A stretch of DNA of 64,000 bases, taken from Candidatus Nanoarchaeia archaeon. Lineage in GTDB: Archaea > Nanobdellota > Nanobdellia > Woesearchaeales > GW2011-AR4. Location of the stretch: NCBI GenBank assembly GCA_035288865.1, contig DATDZA010000026.1, positions 4,534 to 68,533 of the forward strand, in the 5' to 3' direction. The notes under the pieces are model-generated. The model was not told the origin of the DNA. It did no database searches and saw only the letters and a program-made list of their open reading frames with translations. Shown here piece after piece: positions 63,747-64,000 of the stretch. The translations under genes were made by a program, and so were the position numbers. Numbering within the stretch: position 1 is the stretch's first letter; each line of letters starts with the position of its first letter.

Positions 63747-64000
63747 ATGGGAGATAGTGCAGATACGATAATTCATAGTCCGGAATATGGTGTTTCTCAA
63801 CTAGCGGACTATGTTCTTCGTAATATACCTCAAGGTCAAGGAATGACTGGAATGGATCATGGCGCAGGCTCTGGTAGGCATACTTTTTATTATACGGGCC
63901 AAGGAAATAAGATGATTGCTGTTGAAAAGGATCCCACAAGAATAGCGGAGTTATCCAGGCGCGCAGACGCCATGACAAGAGTTCTTAGAGATACAGATTT
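63747..64000 (+). CDS. class I SAM-dependent methyltransferase, 3'-partial (runs off the window); absent from the ORF track
   Basis: My own translation: MGDSADTIIHSPEYGVSQLADYVLRNIPQGQGMTGMDHGAGSGRHTFYYTGQGNKMIAVEKDPTR.., with motif I (DHGAGSG) and the acidic motif II (VEKD). Confidence 0.55.
   Translation, partial: MGDSADTIIHSPEYGVSQLADYVLRNIPQGQGMTGMDHGAGSGRHTFYYTGQGNKMIAVEKDPTRIAELSRRADAMTRVLRDTD

Overview
The window is AT-rich and gene-dense, and it is clearly archaeal. Evidence: the exosome superoperon (Pop5, proteasome alpha, SBDS, Rrp4, Rrp41, Rrp42), Cbf5, RpoK, ribosomal proteins S17e, S19e, L39e and L31e, and FtsZ. The small-genome, orphan-rich character suggests a DPANN-like lineage, but that is inference only. 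GGTGA-type Shine-Dalgarno sites and CGAAA(BRE)+TATA promoter-like boxes recur upstream of genes. I saw no rRNA, tRNA, CRISPR array, transposase or integrase.

There are three main blocks:
1. About 3.5-14.9 kb: an alpha-glucan (glycogen) cluster with GH15, a debranching enzyme, a eukaryote-type GT3 glycogen synthase, a GT4/5 synthase-like transferase and GH57.
2. About 21.7-44.2 kb: a cell-envelope locus. A translationally coupled operon encodes a GH9-like anchored protein, a BcsA-like processive GT2 (D,D,D,QxxRW; no PilZ), a polytopic membrane protein, a GH8 endoglucanase-like protein and a bitopic protein. It is flanked by three very large secreted cysteine-rich proteins. These three share an 8-Cys module of about 88 aa that I cannot assign to any known family.
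3. About 46-64 kb: housekeeping genes (translation, Cbf5, FtsZ, exosome and proteasome) interspersed with orphans and mini zinc-ribbon ORFs. Three unknown genes are inserted between SBDS and Rrp4.

The strongest candidate for an undescribed system is the putative archaeal cellulose/beta-glucan synthase operon together with its novel Cys-module surface proteins. All family calls come from motif reading by eye. No searches were run.
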